The position numbers were made by a program, and so were the translations under genes. Positions 59,303 through 64,000 of a DNA stretch of 64,000 bases are shown here, piece after piece. The stretch spans positions 64,001-128,000 of IMG/VR virus record IMGVR_UViG_3300038345_000251; one strand, written 5' to 3'. The notes under the pieces are model-generated. The model made no database searches. It was not told where the DNA came from and saw only the letters and a list, made by a program, of their open reading frames with translations. Position 1 is the stretch's first letter, and each line of letters starts with the position of its first letter. Source of the DNA: a virus (Duplodnaviria; Heunggongvirae; Uroviricota; Caudoviricetes).

Positions 59303-61326
59303 TATTTATCGTTTTCTTTTTTTATTATTTGGTTTATTATTAACTCTTTTCTTAAAACAGTATTCCACATTTTCTCATATTGAGTGTCTTTAAAGAATTG
59401 ATAGTATATAAAAACTTCTCTTTCTTGCCCGATACGGTAAACTCTATCTTCACATTGTCTACAATCACCAGGAACATATGAAAAGTTATTAAATACAACA
59501 ACTCTTGAAACAGTTAGGTTTATACCAACACCTGCTGCTTGTACGTTTCCAATAAAAACCTTTACACTTGGATTATTAATAAATTCATTTTTAGCCTGGT
59601 CCTTTTCTTTCAAAGACATTTTTCCGTTATATATCACACATTTGTCTTGGTAGTAATCTCTTAACGTATAAAGTTCTTCATCATAACAACAAAATATAAT
59701 AACTTTTTCATCTTTAGCAAGACATCTATCAACAAACTTAATAGTATGAGGGACCATTCTATTTGAAAGGTATCTTCTATATAAACCACCTTCCAAAAGT
59801 TCCTTATTTATGTCTTTATTTGGATTTTCTTCTAATTTTTCACGTTCATATTCTTCCCAAAGTCTATTATACTCTTCTTTTTCTTCATCTGTTAACAGAT
59901 AAACTCTTTCTAACACATGTTTTTTTGGTAATTCATTAAAATCTTCTTTAGTTCGTCTTAAATATATATGTTTTGTTCTTTCTTTAAGTTCGTCAAGATT
60001 ACTTGAACCTTTACCAATCCATCTAAATTTCACTTTTTGTGTGAGACTATCATTTAAAGATTTTTTTTCGGCTTCGGAAAGTTCATACCAACTGTTCTTT
60101 TTACATGATTTAACAAATTCATCAGTAATTTTTTTCTTTTTTGCTCTTTCTTCGTCATTAATTGGCATTCTGAAACCATCACAATAGTGTTCGATATAAT
60201 ATTGCCAATCGTTTGTTACTTCAGAATCAAGTAAGTACAACAAATTATAATAGTTTTGTGGATTATTTGTGATAGGAGTACCTGTAGCAAGGTAAATACT
60301 ATCAGGTTTTCCCCTTTTAATTAAACTATTAATGATTTTATATTGTTGAGACTTCATATTTGAAAGATTATGTGCCTCATCAATAATAATTAATGATTTT
60401 CTGTCAACAATAAATTGTAAAAGAGAACTATTTGCTTCTGCTTCTTCAATATCAATCTTTTTTCTTGACTTTGGAAGTTTATAAAACTCATCTAAAATGT
60501 CATAATTTACAATAACAAAACGATTTTCGTTCCATTTTCCACGTTCTTTTGCTTCTGCTTGAAGTTCTGGGATTGTTTTACCTGATTTTCCTATTCCATA
60601 ACCTAAATATTTTTCTAATTCAGACTTTTTCATACCAGTAAAACCGCCAATAATTGATATTTCACGTTCAGGGATAAAAAAGTTCAGTTCTTCGAACCAA
60701 TTTGATTTAAGTGAAGCAGGACAAATAATTAAAACACAGTCAAAGTTACCTTCAATTGCTGCAATTGACAATTCAAGTGTTTTTCCTAATCCCATTGAAT
60801 CAGCCAAAACACATTTTTTTCTTGAAAGTAGGAATTTAACACCATCTTTTTGATGTGGTTTAATATTTCTAATTTTATCAGGTCTCATTTTTTGTTGAAG
60901 TCTGTCATATCTATCAAAATCAATTTGAAGTTTACTATAATCTTCGGACAAGAAGTTAGTCATTACGCCTTTCTTGTTAAGAAAAACGTAAATATATTCC
61001 ATATTTTGGCGATACTTAAGTAAACAATGAAATGTTGTTTCTGTTTCCCCTAAAAAGTATTTAATTTCAAGTTTTTTAGGTAAAAACTCTATTTCCCATT
61101 CTTTTTGAAGATTCTTCGCATACCAATCAGTTATTTTAACAACTTTTTTAATCAGTTTTGGCTCTCTATCGTAGTTTTTTAATATATATTCAATATTAAA
61201 ATCGTTAAGTTCTAACTTTTTAGTAACAAAAACTTCTTTTTTTAAGTTGAGTAAGTATGGATTTCCACCTTCGTATTCTTTAAGTAAATCAATCGCCCTA
61301 CATCTATCTTCAACTTCTATTGTCAT
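59302..61326 (-). CDS. SNF2-family helicase/translocase
   Basis: LADSMGLGKT, IICPAS, IIDEAH, ATGTP, AAGVGINLT, QCEDRVYRIGQ. Confidence 0.92.
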   Translation of the reverse strand: MTIEVEDRCRAIDLLKEYEGGNPYLLNLKKEVFVTKKLELNDFNIEYILKNYDREPKLIKKVVKITDWYAKNLQKEWEIEFLPKKLEIKYFLGETETTFHCLLKYRQNMEYIYVFLNKKGVMTNFLSEDYSKLQIDFDRYDRLQQKMRPDKIRNIKPHQKDGVKFLLSRKKCVLADSMGLGKTLELSIAAIEGNFDCVLIICPASLKSNWFEELNFFIPEREISIIGGFTGMKKSELEKYLGYGIGKSGKTIPELQAEAKERGKWNENRFVIVNYDILDEFYKLPKSRKKIDIEEAEANSSLLQFIVDRKSLIIIDEAHNLSNMKSQQYKIINSLIKRGKPDSIYLATGTPITNNPQNYYNLLYLLDSEVTNDWQYYIEHYCDGFRMPINDEERAKKKKITDEFVKSCKKNSWYELSEAEKKSLNDSLTQKVKFRWIGKGSSNLDELKERTKHIYLRRTKEDFNELPKKHVLERVYLLTDEEKEEYNRLWEEYEREKLEENPNKDINKELLEGGLYRRYLSNRMVPHTIKFVDRCLAKDEKVIIFCCYDEELYTLRDYYQDKCVIYNGKMSLKEKDQAKNEFINNPSVKVFIGNVQAAGVGINLTVSRVVVFNNFSYVPGDCRQCEDRVYRIGQEREVFIYYQFFKDTQYEKMWNTVLRKELIINQIIKKENDK

Positions 61327-61535
61327 ATTTTTTTAGTCTTTAACAAAAATACAAAAAAAATCTGGAAAAATCAAGTCCCTATATTAATTACCAGTACTAT
61401 AATAATATATTATATAATAATATATTTAATTAAATATATATTTACTAGAATAAATATAAGTTAATAAAATTATATTGAGCTAAATATTTATGTTCTTTAA
61501 AAAATATTTATTATATATAATTAATTTAAATAAAT

Positions 61536-62219
61536 ATGGGAAACAGAAAACTCATAATAAGTGAAGAACAATACAACTATTTAATGAATGAAATGGCATA
61601 TCCAACAAGTTTTAATATGGATGTGTTTAAGAACTTGCCTACATTTGCTAAAAGAATAGAATATTGTCAAAGTAGACTTCAAAGGCTTTCATCTGGTAGT
61701 TCAAGGATTGTATATAAAGTTGATAATGAGAAAGTGTTGAAACTTGCTAAAAATAGAAAGGGAATTGCTCAAAACGAATGTGAAGCATCTGACTATTATA
61801 AAAAATCAATAGGATGTTTTGCTGAAGTTTATGAATATGATGATAATTATTTGTGGATTGAAATGCAATTTGCAAGAAAAGCAAAACTTTCTGATTTTAA
61901 ACGTATTTTAGGCGTTGATTTTAAAGTTGTATGTGATTTTATAATGGATTATTGGAATAGTTATTCAAGAAGTAGATGGTCAAGACCTATTTCACCTGAA
62001 TCAAAAAAAATCTTTGATAGTGAATGGTTTCAAGAACAAATGGAAAATTATTCATTATTTACTTATTTGGCTGAATATCTTGGTAATTATCAACCAGATA
62101 TAATTGGAGATTTAATGCGTTTATCTTCATGGGGAGTTGTAACTGATAATGGTGAGGAAAGTCTTGTAATAATTGATTTTGGACTTGACGATAATGTATA
62201 TAACGAATATTATAGATAA
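61536..62219 (+). CDS. protein kinase-like protein with leader motif
   Basis: LSSGSSRIVY, VLKLAK, QNECE, GDL...SWG, LVIIDFG; starts MGNRKLIISEEQYNYLMNE. Confidence 0.7.
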   Translation: MGNRKLIISEEQYNYLMNEMAYPTSFNMDVFKNLPTFAKRIEYCQSRLQRLSSGSSRIVYKVDNEKVLKLAKNRKGIAQNECEASDYYKKSIGCFAEVYEYDDNYLWIEMQFARKAKLSDFKRILGVDFKVVCDFIMDYWNSYSRSRWSRPISPESKKIFDSEWFQEQMENYSLFTYLAEYLGNYQPDIIGDLMRLSSWGVVTDNGEESLVIIDFGLDDNVYNEYYR

Positions 62220-62233
62220 AAAAATAAACATAT

Positions 62234-62779
62234 ATGCCAATTACATTTGATAATACAAACATAAGAAGAAAGAATCCGATAAAACGTAATAATAAATTCT
62301 TTTCAAGTGAAGATTTTACCCTTGAAATGGAATTTACTACAGAATACATGGAACAGGATGCTAATCAGACAATTATCCTTTATCAAGTTGATTATGAAAA
62401 GACAAAAGTAAATGATGTCTATAAAGAGGCTGAAAAGGGTAAAATACGTTTTAAAACACCTGTTGAATTAACTGTGATTTACGATTTGGAAGATGCTGAA
62501 ACAAAAGCATATAAAGAAAATATGAGTAAAGGTATTTATGTAAAACCTGGTAAATTAACTTTCAGTGTTTTATTGACAGAACTTGAAGAAGTTGGATGTG
62601 ATATTTCAAGAGGTGATTACATTGGTATTCAGATTACTCCTGAATATATGATTTATTTTACTGTGGCGGATGATGGAAAGATGGGAATGACTTCAAACAA
62701 AAATACGTTATATGGCACACAACCATTTTATCGTACTGTCAGATGTAATTATGTAGATGTAAGTGAATTTAATGGATAA
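62234..62779 (+). CDS. neck/head-closure protein (gp14-like)
   Basis: NDVYKEA...F..PVEL pattern and RGDYI; precedes the tail-completion-like gene. Confidence 0.55.
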   Translation: MPITFDNTNIRRKNPIKRNNKFFSSEDFTLEMEFTTEYMEQDANQTIILYQVDYEKTKVNDVYKEAEKGKIRFKTPVELTVIYDLEDAETKAYKENMSKGIYVKPGKLTFSVLLTELEEVGCDISRGDYIGIQITPEYMIYFTVADDGKMGMTSNKNTLYGTQPFYRTVRCNYVDVSEFNG

Positions 62780-62781
62780 TT

Positions 62782-63951
62782 ATGGGAAGTAGAGATTTTA
62801 AAAATGTATTACCGTTAAGAGATAAGTCTTACGGTTTGGAAAGAAGGCAGAATTTGACAAAGGAAGAATTGTCAAATTCTTCTCCATTCCCTAAGCCCAT
62901 AACATATGAAGATATTGACAAAGAGTTCAAAAAATGGGTTGATGAAAAAATTGAAATTGTCTATGAAGGAAAACGAATACCGACATATTCACTTTTTTCA
63001 AATCAAAGATTTTCAGAGTATTTACAGTCTTGGGAACACGTGGATGATAAAAAGAATCCAATTTTGAATTTTAAAACTGTCACAAGAGAAAGTAATCCTC
63101 AACCAGGAACAATTAATGGTGATTCAAAAAATATTCCTGGTGAAAGAACTTATTTGATGCAAAGAGTAGAAGCAAGAGATAAAAACGATAGAAAATACTA
63201 TATTGATTATCGAATGAAACAGCCTATGGGAGTTGATTTTAGATATAGTGTTAGTATTATGACAAATCGTTACGAACTTGTAAATGAGTTTAATCAGTTA
63301 ATAAATAATGAGTTCAAGGCTATTACTGCTTATTTAAGAGTTAACGGACATTTCATTTCAATGAAATTGGAAAATATATCTGATGAATCACAATATAATA
63401 TTGATGACCGTCAGTTTTATTCCCAATCTTGTAGTATACTTGTAAAGGGGTATATTATAACAAAAGAAGATTTTATTGTGAAAGAAATACCTGTATTTAA
63501 GTTTATGGATTTTGAAGTTGATAGACGGAATACGTTTGCAGATATTGAGGAATTACCTTGTCCAACACCTGAAAATCATTACTATTATAAACCACTTTTA
63601 CTTAAAGTAGGGTTATCAACCTGTGATGAAAAAATTAAGTTTGTAATGGATTGTAATTTTACTGTTGAACGTTTGGAATTTATTAATAGTGTGTCATTTG
63701 TATTTAGAGTAAATGATGAAATTACTGAATTGAAAGAAGGTTTGTTAATACCTGAAGGTGCTGAAGTGAAATTTAGCAAAGTTCGTAGAAAGAATTATGA
63801 TGATTGTGTGATTTATAATATTTATGGTGTTGAAAAGGACGTTGTTTATGATGATAGAAAAAATAACGAAGAACTTGATATAAACCAAAAACAAATAAAT
63901 GAGGTAGTAGAAATATCGTATGATGATAATGATTGCTTTAATAATCAATAA
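62782..63951 (+). CDS. tail terminator/sheath stabiliser-like protein (gp15-like)
   Basis: EDID..F..WV, P.GVDFRYSVSI.T...E..N, ILVKGYI pattern and gene context. Confidence 0.55.
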   Translation: MGSRDFKNVLPLRDKSYGLERRQNLTKEELSNSSPFPKPITYEDIDKEFKKWVDEKIEIVYEGKRIPTYSLFSNQRFSEYLQSWEHVDDKKNPILNFKTVTRESNPQPGTINGDSKNIPGERTYLMQRVEARDKNDRKYYIDYRMKQPMGVDFRYSVSIMTNRYELVNEFNQLINNEFKAITAYLRVNGHFISMKLENISDESQYNIDDRQFYSQSCSILVKGYIITKEDFIVKEIPVFKFMDFEVDRRNTFADIEELPCPTPENHYYYKPLLLKVGLSTCDEKIKFVMDCNFTVERLEFINSVSFVFRVNDEITELKEGLLIPEGAEVKFSKVRRKNYDDCVIYNIYGVEKDVVYDDRKNNEELDINQKQINEVVEISYDDNDCFNNQ

Positions 63952-64000
63952 AAAAACTTTTTAATAAGGATATTTTTGATTAGAATCTACTATTTATAAG

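Noticed and set aside
1-64000. Stop-codon reassignment as in Lak or some crAss-like phages
   Set aside because: Core genes are full length in the standard code and coding density is high; the breaks in polB and dut are explained by an intein and an intron
1-64000. tRNA, rRNA or CRISPR arrays
   Set aside because: No cloverleaf or repeat-spacer pattern seen by eye in the short intergenic regions; a covariance-model scan would be needed to exclude small RNAs

Overview
AT-rich segment of a T4-like (myovirus-type) jumbo phage genome read in the standard genetic code. The host is probably Bacteroidota, inferred from TAnnTTTG promoter boxes upstream of the replication and metabolism genes. The window holds head and packaging genes (prohead protease, scaffold, major capsid, terminase large subunit, portal, neck, tail completion, baseplate hub), a gp55-like late sigma factor, nucleotide-metabolism genes, three glycosyltransferases, an SNF2 helicase and four homing-endonuclease-like genes. 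Main observations: (1) the family B DNA polymerase is fractured into two genes joined by a split Ser/Thr intein, with a Hef-like endonuclease and a small ORF between the halves; (2) dUTPase is interrupted by a group I intron that encodes an HNH endonuclease; (3) about a dozen dispersed, mostly late-promoter genes share a leader motif followed by LxE-type sites but carry unrelated domains (ADP-ribosyltransferase-like plus nucleotidyltransferase, kinase, glucosaminidase, primase-like, WYL-like), suggesting a modular capsid-loading system; (4) a candidate -1 frameshift at an A9 run fuses two head proteins; (5) one protein carries a UvrB/Mfd-type UvrA-interaction domain; (6) a 54-bp bidirectional promoter cassette is duplicated. 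All family assignments come from motif recognition by eye; no searches were run.
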